Below, piece after piece: positions 9,333-18,448 of a stretch of 64,000 nucleotides of DNA (position 1 is its first letter; every line of letters begins with the position of its first letter). Made by a program: the position numbers and the translations under genes. The DNA is from an uncultured delta proteobacterium (GTDB taxonomy: Bacteria > Myxococcota_A > Polyangia > Fen-1088). Below the pieces are notes generated by a model. That model saw only the letters and a program-made list of their open reading frames with translations. It searched no databases and was not told the origin of the DNA. Location: assembly GCA_963755125.1 (NCBI GenBank), contig CAVWIP010000014.1, positions 128,001 to 192,000 on the forward strand, in the 5' to 3' direction.

Positions 9333-11386
9333 AGCCCACCGACCTTTCTCTGGTCAGCACGATTCGCGAGCGCTGTCGCGTTTGCTACACCTGCGTGCGT
9401 GAGTGCCCGGCCAAGGCCATCCGCATAGCAGGAGGCCAGGCCGAGGTCATCCCTTCGCGATGTATCGGTTGCGGCTCCTGCGTGCTGGTGTGCAGCCAGG
9501 GCGCCAAGCGCGTGCTCAGCTCGGTCGAGGCGGTGCAGGGACTTCTGCGCAGTGGCGCGCCCGTGGCGGCGTGCGTGGCGCCAAGTTTTCCGGCGGAGAT
9601 CGGCGACCGTGCGGTGCGGCACATGGTCGGGGCGCTGCGAAAACTGGGCTTCTCGCTGGTGTGCGAGGTGGCCTTCGGTGCCGATCTGGTGGCCCGCGCT
9701 TATCGCGATCTTCTGGCCCAGCGCCCGCACGAAAGCTTCATCGCCACCGCCTGTCCGGCCATTGTCAATTTCGTCGAGCGCTATCACCCGGACCTGATGC
9801 CTCACCTGGCCCCCATCGCGTCGCCCATGTTGGCCACGGCGCGGGCCTTGCGCGCGCGCTACGGCGCCGACACGAAGATCGTGTTCATCGGGCCCTGCAT
9901 CGCGAAGAAGGGCGAGGCAGCCACACTGTCGGGTCCGGATCGCGTCGACGCGGTCCTGACCTTCCGCGAGCTGCGGGACATGCTGGGCTCCGCCGGAATC
10001 GCCTCGGGCGAGGTGGCCTCGTCCGAATTCGACCCGCCCCGCGCGGGCCTGGGCGGTGTGTTTCCCTTGCCGCGCGGAAGCTTGCAGACCGCGGGCATCG
10101 ACGAGGATCTGACCTCCAGCGAGGTGGTGTCGGCCGATGGGCGCTCGGCGTTCCCCGAGGCTTTGCAGGAGTTTTCTGGCGGCCAGCTCAATGTCCACCT
10201 GCTCGAACTGCTCTGTTGCCGCGGAGGCTGCGTGATGGGCGCAGGGATGAGCGTCGATCTGCCGCCCTTTGCTCGCCGCGCCCACATCAGCCGTCATGTG
10301 CAAAGCCAGCGCGCCAGCTTCGATCGCGCGGCGTGGTCGGTGGAGATGGACCAGCTGCGTGACCTGCCCTTGGGCCGCAGCTTCCAGACCGCCAGCCAGA
10401 ACATGCCCACCCCGTCGGCCGACGAGCTCCGCACCATCATGATCGAGATGGGGAAACTCGGCCCCGACGACGAGCTGAATTGTGGGGCTTGTGGCTACGA
10501 CACCTGTCGCGCGCACGCGGTGGCCATCTTCCGCGGACTGGCCGAGGACGAGATGTGCCTGCCCTACACCATCGAGCGGCTGAAGAAGACGGTGCAGAAA
10601 CTGGATTTTTCCAACACCAAGCTGGCTAGCACGCAACAGGCGCTGGTCCAGGCCGAGAAGCTGGCCAGCATGGGCCAGTTGGCGGCTGGCATCGCGCACG
10701 AGGTGAACAATCCGCTGGGCGTGGTGCTGCTCTACGCCCACGTGCTGCTCGAATCCTGTGACAAGGATTCGCCTCAAGCGAAGGATCTGGCGATGGTCGT
10801 CGAGCAGGCTGACCGCTGCAAGAAGATCGTCTCGGGATTGCTCAACTTCGCCCGCCAGAACAAGGTCGTGCTGCTGCCGACCAAGGTTGCTGACCTGGTC
10901 GACCGTTCCTTGCGCGGCGTGCAGGCGCCGGCTGGCATCGAGATCGTGGTCGAACACCAGGATCCCACGGCCTCGGCAGACCTGGATGCGGATCAGATTC
11001 GCCAAGTCCTCACCAATCTGTTGACCAACGCCGTGGCGGCCATGCCCGCGGGCGGCCGGCTCACCGTGCGCAGTGCCGTCAGCGATGAACAGGTTCTCTT
11101 CGCCGTCGAAGACACGGGGATGGGAATCCCCAAGGAGAACATGAAGCGCGTGTTCGAGCCGTTCTTCACGACCAAGCAGATGGGACGCGGCACCGGGCTG
11201 GGCCTGGCGGTGAGCTACGGCATCGTCAAAATGCACCGGGGCAACATCAGGCTCAAGTCGAACGCCGATGCGGCGGCCGGACCCACGGGCACGACCTTCA
11301 CCGTGACCCTGCCGCGCTTCGAGCAGCGCGAAGAATCCATGAGTTTCCTAGCACCGGAAGGCGACGGACGCGAGGACGCTCGCTGA
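9329..11386 (+). CDS. Putative sensory [FeFe]-hydrogenase fused to a histidine kinase (group C-like)
   Basis: 2x[4Fe-4S]; H-cluster motifs ATACP, GPCIAKKGE and ELLCCRGGCVMG; NCGACGYDTC...C FeS domain; AHEVNNPL H-box; HATPase G boxes. Confidence 0.88.
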   Translation: MKPTDLSLVSTIRERCRVCYTCVRECPAKAIRIAGGQAEVIPSRCIGCGSCVLVCSQGAKRVLSSVEAVQGLLRSGAPVAACVAPSFPAEIGDRAVRHMVGALRKLGFSLVCEVAFGADLVARAYRDLLAQRPHESFIATACPAIVNFVERYHPDLMPHLAPIASPMLATARALRARYGADTKIVFIGPCIAKKGEAATLSGPDRVDAVLTFRELRDMLGSAGIASGEVASSEFDPPRAGLGGVFPLPRGSLQTAGIDEDLTSSEVVSADGRSAFPEALQEFSGGQLNVHLLELLCCRGGCVMGAGMSVDLPPFARRAHISRHVQSQRASFDRAAWSVEMDQLRDLPLGRSFQTASQNMPTPSADELRTIMIEMGKLGPDDELNCGACGYDTCRAHAVAIFRGLAEDEMCLPYTIERLKKTVQKLDFSNTKLASTQQALVQAEKLASMGQLAAGIAHEVNNPLGVVLLYAHVLLESCDKDSPQAKDLAMVVEQADRCKKIVSGLLNFARQNKVVLLPTKVADLVDRSLRGVQAPAGIEIVVEHQDPTASADLDADQIRQVLTNLLTNAVAAMPAGGRLTVRSAVSDEQVLFAVEDTGMGIPKENMKRVFEPFFTTKQMGRGTGLGLAVSYGIVKMHRGNIRLKSNADAAAGPTGTTFTVTLPRFEQREESMSFLAPEGDGREDAR

Positions 11387-11441
11387 CGACCATGTTGCCA
11401 AGACCATCTCTTGGGGAAGAAGTACGGAGGGTCCCCTGCCC

Positions 11442-12635
11442 ATGCACGCAGCACTGAAACACAACGCCATTACAGAGAATCTGGAGGCTAGCCCCATGGA
11501 CACCTTGCGCGTGTTGGTCATCGACGACGAAGCTGGGATGCGGGCCGGGGCGTCGCGCGTGCTCGACGGATTTCGGGTGGCGTTGCCCGATACCGACGGA
11601 CACGTATGCCTGGAGGTGGCGCACGCGGAGAGCGGCGAGGAGGGGTTGCAGGCGATGGAGACGAGCAAGTTCGACATCGTGCTGCTCGACCACAAGTTGC
11701 CCGGGATGTCGGGCCTTGATGTGCTGGATCGGCTCAATCAAAGACGAGACGACGCGCTGGTCATCATGATCACGGCGTACGCTTCGCTAGACGTTGCAGT
11801 CAGCGCCACCAAGCGGGGGGCTTTCGATTTTCTTGCCAAGCCGTTCACCCCGGAAGAGTTGCGCGACGCGGTTCGCAAGGCGGCCCGGCACCACATCCTG
11901 CGCTGGCAGGCACGCAAGCTGGCGCAAGAGAAGCGCCAGGTTCGCTTCCAGTTCCTCTCCGTGCTGGTGCACGAACTCAAGGCGCCGCTGGTCGCCGTGG
12001 AGGGCTACCTGCGGCTCTTGCAGGAAGGCGCGGCCACGGATCCGGAGACGGCGGCCCGCGCGGTTGAGCGCAGCTTGGTGCGCCTCGACGGCATGCGGAA
12101 GCTGATCGTCGATCTTCTCGATCTCACGCGTATCGAGTCGGGGCAGAAGGCGCGCGAATTTTCCGCCGTCGACGTGGTCGAGGTGGCGCGTGCTGCCATC
12201 GAGACCGCGCTGCCCGCGGCAAAGGAGCGAGCCATCACGATGGAATTGCACTCGCCCGGCTCTGTGGTTCTGCGGGCGGACAGGGGCGAGATCGAGATCA
12301 TGCTCAACAACCTGGTGTCCAATGCGGTGAAGTACAATCGTGACGGTGGCCGGGTCGACGTGACCGTGTCGGACGGGCCTGCGGGCGTGACCGTGGCGGT
12401 GAAGGACACGGGCATCGGCATGACCAAGGAAGAGACCGCCAAGCTTTTCGGCGAATTCGTGCGCATCAAGAACGCCAAGACCCGCAACATCATGGGCAGC
12501 GGGTTGGGGTTGTCGATCTTGCGCAAGCTGGCCACCCTGTATGGGGGCGACGTGACGGTGGCGAGCCAGCCCGATGTCGGCACGACCTTCACGGTGCATC
12601 TGCCGCCGGTCGCGCCGGGAAATGACGTCGCGTAG
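11442..12635 (+). CDS. Hybrid receiver-histidine kinase (alternative start 11496)
   Basis: VIDDE...LLDHKLP...AKPF receiver; VHELKAPL H-box; NAVKY, DTGIG and GSGLGL. Confidence 0.9.
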   Translation: MHAALKHNAITENLEASPMDTLRVLVIDDEAGMRAGASRVLDGFRVALPDTDGHVCLEVAHAESGEEGLQAMETSKFDIVLLDHKLPGMSGLDVLDRLNQRRDDALVIMITAYASLDVAVSATKRGAFDFLAKPFTPEELRDAVRKAARHHILRWQARKLAQEKRQVRFQFLSVLVHELKAPLVAVEGYLRLLQEGAATDPETAARAVERSLVRLDGMRKLIVDLLDLTRIESGQKAREFSAVDVVEVARAAIETALPAAKERAITMELHSPGSVVLRADRGEIEIMLNNLVSNAVKYNRDGGRVDVTVSDGPAGVTVAVKDTGIGMTKEETAKLFGEFVRIKNAKTRNIMGSGLGLSILRKLATLYGGDVTVASQPDVGTTFTVHLPPVAPGNDVA

Positions 12636-14045
12636 ATGGGAGTACAAATGCACGACACCCTGGGATTCATAGACGAAGGCGAAATTGTTCGCGTGTTGGC
12701 TGCGCCGGCGAGCAAGGATGCGGGACAGGTTCGCGCCGTGCTGGCCAAGGCCCGCGGCTTGTCCGGGCTCGACATGGCGGATGTCGCCACGTTGGCCGCC
12801 GTCAGCGATCCCGAGCTGCTGGGCGAGATTTTCCAGACCGCGCGCGCCGTGAAGGATCAGATCTACGGACCGCGGCTGGTGCTATTCGCGCCGCTCTATG
12901 TGTCCAATCTGTGCGCCAACGACTGCACCTACTGCGCGTTTCGCGCGCGCAACAAACAGGTCAAGCGCCGGGCGCTGTCGCAGGACGAGATCCGCCGCGA
13001 GGTCGAGATCCTGGTCGACCAGGGCCACAAGCGCATCCTGCTGGTGGCGGGCGAGTCGTATCCGCACCAGGGCTTCCAGTACGTGCTCGATTCCATTGCG
13101 ACCATCTACAGTGTCAAGCGGGGAAGGGGCGAGATTCGGCGCGTGAATGCCAACGTCGCGCCCCTGACCGTCGACGAGTTTCGCGCGCTCAAGGGCGCGG
13201 GCATCGGCACCTACCAGCTTTTCCAGGAAACCTACCACCACGCGACCTACCAGAGCGTTCATTTGGCCGGCAAGAAGAAGGACTACGACTGGCGCGTCTC
13301 GGCCATGGACCGCGCCATGGAGGCCGGGATCGACGACGTGGGCATCGGCATCCTGTTTGGCCTGGCCGATTGGCGCTTCGAGATCCTGGCGCTCATGCAG
13401 CACATCCGGCACCTGGAGGCACGCTTCGGCGTAGGCCCCCACACCATCAGCGTGCCGCGCCTGGAGCCAGCCATCGGATCCGACATTGCGGGCAATCCGC
13501 CGCACGCGGTGTCCGACATCGACTTTCGCAAGATCGTCGCGATCCTGCGTTTGGCGGTGCCCTACACCGGCATCATCATGTCCACGCGCGAGACGCCCAA
13601 CATCCGGCGCGAGACATTTGCGCTGGGGGTGTCGCAGATTTCCGCGGGCAGCCGCACCAATCCGGGCGGCTATGCCGAGGCCGTGGCCAACCCGGCGGAA
13701 TCCAGCCAGTTCCAGCTCGGCGATCATCGCGATCTCGACGAGGTAGTGCGCGACGTGGCGGCCATGGGCTACGTTCCGTCGTTCTGCACCGCTTGCTACC
13801 GACTGGGGCGCACGGGCCAGGACTTCATGGACCTGGCCAAGCCCGGCGCCATCAAATTGCACTGCGATCCCAACGCGCTGTCGACCTTCACCGAGTACCT
13901 GGAGGACTACGCCGGTCCGGAAACGCGCAAGGTGGGTGAAGGCCTGGTGGGCAGCACTCTGGCCAACATGGACGCGCGCCGGAAGGAAATTTCCGAGGCT
14001 CTGGTGCGCAAGGTGAAGGGCGGCAAGCGCGACGTCTTCGTGTGA
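12636..14045 (+). CDS. hydG: [FeFe]-hydrogenase maturase HydG
   Basis: APLYVSNLCANDCTYCAF radical SAM motif; C-terminal PSFCTACY...CDPNA. Confidence 0.95.
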   Translation: MGVQMHDTLGFIDEGEIVRVLAAPASKDAGQVRAVLAKARGLSGLDMADVATLAAVSDPELLGEIFQTARAVKDQIYGPRLVLFAPLYVSNLCANDCTYCAFRARNKQVKRRALSQDEIRREVEILVDQGHKRILLVAGESYPHQGFQYVLDSIATIYSVKRGRGEIRRVNANVAPLTVDEFRALKGAGIGTYQLFQETYHHATYQSVHLAGKKKDYDWRVSAMDRAMEAGIDDVGIGILFGLADWRFEILALMQHIRHLEARFGVGPHTISVPRLEPAIGSDIAGNPPHAVSDIDFRKIVAILRLAVPYTGIIMSTRETPNIRRETFALGVSQISAGSRTNPGGYAEAVANPAESSQFQLGDHRDLDEVVRDVAAMGYVPSFCTACYRLGRTGQDFMDLAKPGAIKLHCDPNALSTFTEYLEDYAGPETRKVGEGLVGSTLANMDARRKEISEALVRKVKGGKRDVFV

Positions 14046-14067
14046 GGCGAACCACGCGAGGCCCCGC

Positions 14068-15486
14068 ATGAGCGAAACACGCCGCGAGCAAGACCCGCTG
14101 GGAGAGCGGGAGGTTCCCGCGGGAGCGCTGTGGGGCGTGCACACTCTGCGGGCGTTGGAGAATTTCCCGCTGGCCGGGCGCCCCGTGCATCGCGCCCTGG
14201 TGCGCGCCTTCGGCGCGGTGAAGGGGGCGTGCGCACTCACCAATCAGCGACTGGGCGCCTGGGCCGCGGATCCGGCCAAGGGCGACGCCATCGTGGCTGC
14301 GTGTGCCGAAATGGCCGCCGGGCAACTCGACGAACATGTCGTCGCGGATGCCTTGCAAGGCGGCGCTGGCACCAGCACCAACATGAACGTCAACGAGGTG
14401 CTGGCCAACCGCGCGTTGCAGATTCTGGGCGAGCCGCTGGGCCACACCCAGCGCGTATCGCCGCTCGACGACATCAACCTGCACCAGTCGACCAACGACA
14501 CCTTTCCGACGGCCATGCGGGTGGCGGGCCTGTGGCTGCTGGCGGCGTTGGAAAAAGAGGTCGTGGCGTTGCAGGAGGCCTTTCAGCAAAAAGAAAGGGT
14601 ATTCGCCCACATCGTTAAGGTCGGCCGCACCGAGATGCAGGACGCGGTCCTCGTCACCTTGGGACGCGAGATGGGCGCCTATGCCGAGGCGCTGGCGCGC
14701 GACCGATGGCGTATCTACAAATGCACGGAACGTCTGCGCGTAGTGAATCTCGGGGGCACGGCCATCGGCACCGGCCTGGGTGCGCCGCGCACGTTCATCT
14801 TTCAGGTGGTGGATGCGCTCTCGCAGTTGACCGGGCTCAGCGTGGCGCGTGCGGAGAATCTCGTCGAGGCGACGCAGAACGCGGACGTGTTCGCCGAGGT
14901 CTCCGGGATGCTCAAGGCCTGTGCGGTGAACTTGTTGAAGATTTCGTCCGACCTACGGCTGCTCTCGTCCGGTCCTGAGGCAGGTCTAGGCGAGATCAAG
15001 CTGCCCGCGCGCCAGGCCGGCTCGTCGATCATGCCCGGTAAGGTGAATCCGGTCATCCCCGAGGCGGTCAGCCAGGCGGCCATGCTGGTCATGGCCCACG
15101 ACGCCGCGATCGCGCAGGCGTGCGCAGCCGGCAGTCTGGAACTGAACCCGTTTTTGCCGCTGGTCGCCCATTGTCTGTTCGACAGCCTGGACCTGCTCGC
15201 GCGGGCCGCCGGGATCCTGCGCGTCTTCTGCGTCGAAGGAATGACTGCCGACGAGGAACGCTGCCGCGCGCATGTGAACGCGTCGACCGCCGTGGTCACG
15301 GCATTGGTCGCGCGCGTGGGATACGAAGCCGCGTGCACCATCGCGCGCAAGGCGAGCGAGCGTGGCTGCTCGATTCGCGACGTGGTCTTGGCGGATGGCA
15401 TTTTGAATGGGCAAGAGTTCGACGAGTTGACCACGCCCGAGGCGGTGTGCCGCCTGGGCTCGCCGGATCGGGGAGGGGAGCGATGA
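14068..15486 (+). CDS. aspA: Aspartate ammonia-lyase
   Basis: GGAGTSTNMNVNEV, QSTND and GSSIMPGKVNPVIPE. Confidence 0.88.
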   Translation: MSETRREQDPLGEREVPAGALWGVHTLRALENFPLAGRPVHRALVRAFGAVKGACALTNQRLGAWAADPAKGDAIVAACAEMAAGQLDEHVVADALQGGAGTSTNMNVNEVLANRALQILGEPLGHTQRVSPLDDINLHQSTNDTFPTAMRVAGLWLLAALEKEVVALQEAFQQKERVFAHIVKVGRTEMQDAVLVTLGREMGAYAEALARDRWRIYKCTERLRVVNLGGTAIGTGLGAPRTFIFQVVDALSQLTGLSVARAENLVEATQNADVFAEVSGMLKACAVNLLKISSDLRLLSSGPEAGLGEIKLPARQAGSSIMPGKVNPVIPEAVSQAAMLVMAHDAAIAQACAAGSLELNPFLPLVAHCLFDSLDLLARAAGILRVFCVEGMTADEERCRAHVNASTAVVTALVARVGYEAACTIARKASERGCSIRDVVLADGILNGQEFDELTTPEAVCRLGSPDRGGER

Positions 15487-16754
15487 GTGCGATGCACGAG
15501 GCGAAGCTATCCACGCCCAAGGGCATGCGGTTGCACGTCGGGATCTTTGGCCGGCGCAACGTGGGCAAGTCCAGTCTGCTCAACGCGATGGTGCGCCAGC
15601 ATGTGTCGCTGGTGTCTGACGTGGCGGGAACCACGACAGATCCCGTCGAGAAGCCCATGGAGCTACTCCCGCTCGGCCCCGTGCTGTTTATCGACACGGC
15701 CGGCATCGACGACGAAGGCGCGCTCGGCGATTTGCGGGTGAAGCGCACGACCGAGGTGTTCGACCGCACCGATTTGGGCCTGGTGGTGGCGGCGGGCGAA
15801 TGGGGACCTTTCGAAGATGCGCTGGTACGCGAGATGCAAGCGCGCGGAGTCCCGTTGGTCGTGGCGTTCAACAAGTCGGATATGGCGCCGGTCCCAGCAG
15901 CTCAGTTGGCGGCTTTGCGTGAGCGCGGGCTTTGCACAGTCGAAACCAGCGCGGTCACGGGCGCCGGACTTCTGGATCTGCGACAGGCACTGCTCACTCA
16001 AGCGCCGGCTGACTATCTCGATGCTCGCGCCATCGTCGCCGATCTAGTCGGCCCGGGCGAGATGGCCGTGCTGGTGGTTCCCATCGACAAGGAAGCGCCC
16101 AAGGGACGCTTGATCCTGCCGCAGGTGCAGGTGCTGCGCGATCTGCTGGACCACGACGCGTTCGCCCTGGTGGTGAAGGAGCGCGAGCTGCGCGCCGCCC
16201 TCGCCGGTCTGCGCGCGCCGCCCCGGCTGGTCATCACCGACTCACAGGCCTTCCTCAAGGTGGCCGCTGACACACCGGCCGTGGTGCCGCTGACAAGTTT
16301 CTCGATCCTCTTCGCGCGTCTCAAGGGCGATCTGCTCGCCCAGGTCGAGGGTGCCCTGGCCATCGAGCACCTCCGGCCCGGCGATCGCGTGCTCATTGCC
16401 GAAGCTTGCGCGCATCACCCCATCGGTGAAGACATCGGCCGGGTGAAGATTCCACGCTGGCTCACGCAGTACGTGGGCGGCCGCCTCGACTTCCACACCG
16501 TGCAGGGACACGACTTCCCGGCGGATCTTTCGCCCTATCGGCTCATCGTCCATTGCGGTTCGTGTACGCTCAACCGGCGCGAAGTCTTGAGTCGCATTCT
16601 GCGCGCGCGCGCGGCTGGCGTGCCCTTCACCAACTACGGGCTGTGCATCGCCTACAGCCTCGGGATCTTTGCGCGTGCCCTGGCTCCCTTTCCGGCAGCG
16701 CAGGACGTGCTCTTTCGCCATGAACAGACTCGACACCATACTGGACAAGGATAG
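15483..16754 (+). CDS. hydF: [FeFe]-hydrogenase maturation GTPase HydF
   Basis: GRRNVGKS, GTTTDPV, DTAG, NKSD, EACAHH and HCGSC; ATGA overlap with aspA. Confidence 0.95.
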   Translation: MSAMHEAKLSTPKGMRLHVGIFGRRNVGKSSLLNAMVRQHVSLVSDVAGTTTDPVEKPMELLPLGPVLFIDTAGIDDEGALGDLRVKRTTEVFDRTDLGLVVAAGEWGPFEDALVREMQARGVPLVVAFNKSDMAPVPAAQLAALRERGLCTVETSAVTGAGLLDLRQALLTQAPADYLDARAIVADLVGPGEMAVLVVPIDKEAPKGRLILPQVQVLRDLLDHDAFALVVKERELRAALAGLRAPPRLVITDSQAFLKVAADTPAVVPLTSFSILFARLKGDLLAQVEGALAIEHLRPGDRVLIAEACAHHPIGEDIGRVKIPRWLTQYVGGRLDFHTVQGHDFPADLSPYRLIVHCGSCTLNRREVLSRILRARAAGVPFTNYGLCIAYSLGIFARALAPFPAAQDVLFRHEQTRHHTGQG

Positions 16755-17823
16755 GCTCGACCCCGACGACCTGCCCGTCCTGCTCGGCGCCGACACGCCG
16801 GCGAGACACGCGTCCGTGCTGTCCGCGGCCTACGCGGTCAAGTTTCGCGAGATCGGCGCGGTGGTGTATTTTCGCGGGCTCTTCGAACTGTCGAATCTGT
16901 GCACGAAAGACTGCCTGTACTGCGGGATCCGTCGCAGCAACCACAAGGTCGAGCGCTACACCGTTCCGGTCGACGAAATTCTCAACGGCGCACGCTGGGC
17001 CTGGGAGCAAGGGTACGGTTCCGTGGTCTTGCAATCCGGCGAGCGCAGCGATCCGGCTTTCGTGGATCTGATCACGGCGCTGGTGACAAAGATTCGTGCG
17101 CTTTCGCACGATCAGCTCGCGATAACCTTGTCAGTGGGCGAGCAGTCGGAAGCGACCTTTCGCACCTGGTTCGCGGCCGGCGCCGAACGCTACCTGCTGC
17201 GCATCGAAACCAGCGACCCGGATTTCTACCGGCGACTTCACCCTGCGGATCACAGTTGGGAGCGCCGCCGCGACTGTCTGCGCCTGCTCCACGACATCGG
17301 CTACCAGCTCGGCTCAGGCGTGATGATCGGTCTGCCCGGCCAGAGCGTCGAGCAACTCGCCCGCGACATCCTGTTCTTCGAGCAAGAGAAGGTCGTCATG
17401 ATCGGCATGGGGCCGTTCATCCCACACGCCGATACGCCCTTGCGCGATGGAATCCGCAACTTCGCCTGGAAACGGCACGCGCAATTGGCGCTGGCCTTGC
17501 GCATGATCGCAGTCACGCGTCTGTACCTGCCGGACGTGAACATCGCGGCTGCGACCGCGCTGCAGGCCCTGGCTCCGAATGGCCGGGAACAGGGGCTGAT
17601 GGCCGGGGCCAACGTCATCATGCCCAACCTGACCGATCCGAAATACCGGAGTGCTTACCAGCTCTATGACGGCAAGCCGTGCCTGGACGAATCGGCCACG
17701 CAGTGCCGCGGCTGTCTGGAAGCACGCATCGCCAGCCTGGGAGAGACCATCGGCTTTGGCCAGCGCGGGGATTCGCGGCGCTTCGTTGCCCGCCATGGCG
17801 TAACTGGTGGAAAAGCTATTTAA
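16720..17823 (+). CDS. hydE: [FeFe]-hydrogenase maturase HydE
   Basis: SNLCTKDCLYCGIR, YLLRIET, GPFIPHADTP, GANVIMPN and YQLYDGK. Confidence 0.93.
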   Translation: MNRLDTILDKDRLDPDDLPVLLGADTPARHASVLSAAYAVKFREIGAVVYFRGLFELSNLCTKDCLYCGIRRSNHKVERYTVPVDEILNGARWAWEQGYGSVVLQSGERSDPAFVDLITALVTKIRALSHDQLAITLSVGEQSEATFRTWFAAGAERYLLRIETSDPDFYRRLHPADHSWERRRDCLRLLHDIGYQLGSGVMIGLPGQSVEQLARDILFFEQEKVVMIGMGPFIPHADTPLRDGIRNFAWKRHAQLALALRMIAVTRLYLPDVNIAAATALQALAPNGREQGLMAGANVIMPNLTDPKYRSAYQLYDGKPCLDESATQCRGCLEARIASLGETIGFGQRGDSRRFVARHGVTGGKAI

Positions 17824-17886
17824 TTTCAGTAAGTTGATAGCACGAGTTGGAACTGGAATCTGTACGATAATTAACGAAAACTTCTC

Positions 17887-17953
17887 TTGACGAAAAACGG
17901 TTGAAAATGGTACCTTCGTCGTGAAAGATTTCACAGCGTGATGAAAGTAACAA
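17887..17953 (+). promoter_or_regulatory. Sigma70-like promoter with tandem Rex operators upstream of hydC
   Basis: TTGACG (17887) and TGG-TACCTT (17908-17916); TCGTGAA-AGAT-TTCACAG (17919-17936) and GCGTGAT-GAAA-GTAACAA (17936-17953) in an AT-rich gap. Confidence 0.8.
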
Positions 17954-17968
17954 GAAGGATCTGGTCAG

Positions 17969-18448
17969 ATGACAACAGTCACACAGGACATTCAGCCCAT
18001 CCTTAAGAAATACCAGAACGCCCGACGCGACTCCCTGATCACGATCTTGCAGGAAGTTCAGGACGCGCAGGGGTACGTATCGAAGGAGTCGGTCATCGCG
18101 ATTGGCCAGCACCTGCGGCTGCCTGCCAGCAAGGTATTCGGCGTCGCGACCTTCTACAACCAGTTCCGCTTCCATCCCGCCGGCAGGTTCCACGTGCAGG
18201 TGTGCCGGGGCACGGCCTGTCACGTGAAGGGATCGCTGTCGCTGCTCGATACCGTGAAAAATGAGCTGAAGATCCTGCCGGGACAGACCAGCCGCGATCA
18301 GGTGTTCAGCCTGGAGGTCGTCGCCTGCCTGGGCGCTTGCGGCCTTTCCCCGGTGATGTGCGTGAACGGCGAGTTCTTCGCGCGCATGACGCCGACCCGG
18401 GCGCGCAAGTTGCTCGACGGCTGTCGCAAGGAGGCGGTGCAGTCATGA
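17969..18448 (+). CDS. hydC: Hydrogenase [2Fe-2S] subunit (NuoE-like)
   Basis: GVATFYNQF, VCRGTACHVKG and CLGACGLSP. Confidence 0.9.
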   Translation: MTTVTQDIQPILKKYQNARRDSLITILQEVQDAQGYVSKESVIAIGQHLRLPASKVFGVATFYNQFRFHPAGRFHVQVCRGTACHVKGSLSLLDTVKNELKILPGQTSRDQVFSLEVVACLGACGLSPVMCVNGEFFARMTPTRARKLLDGCRKEAVQS

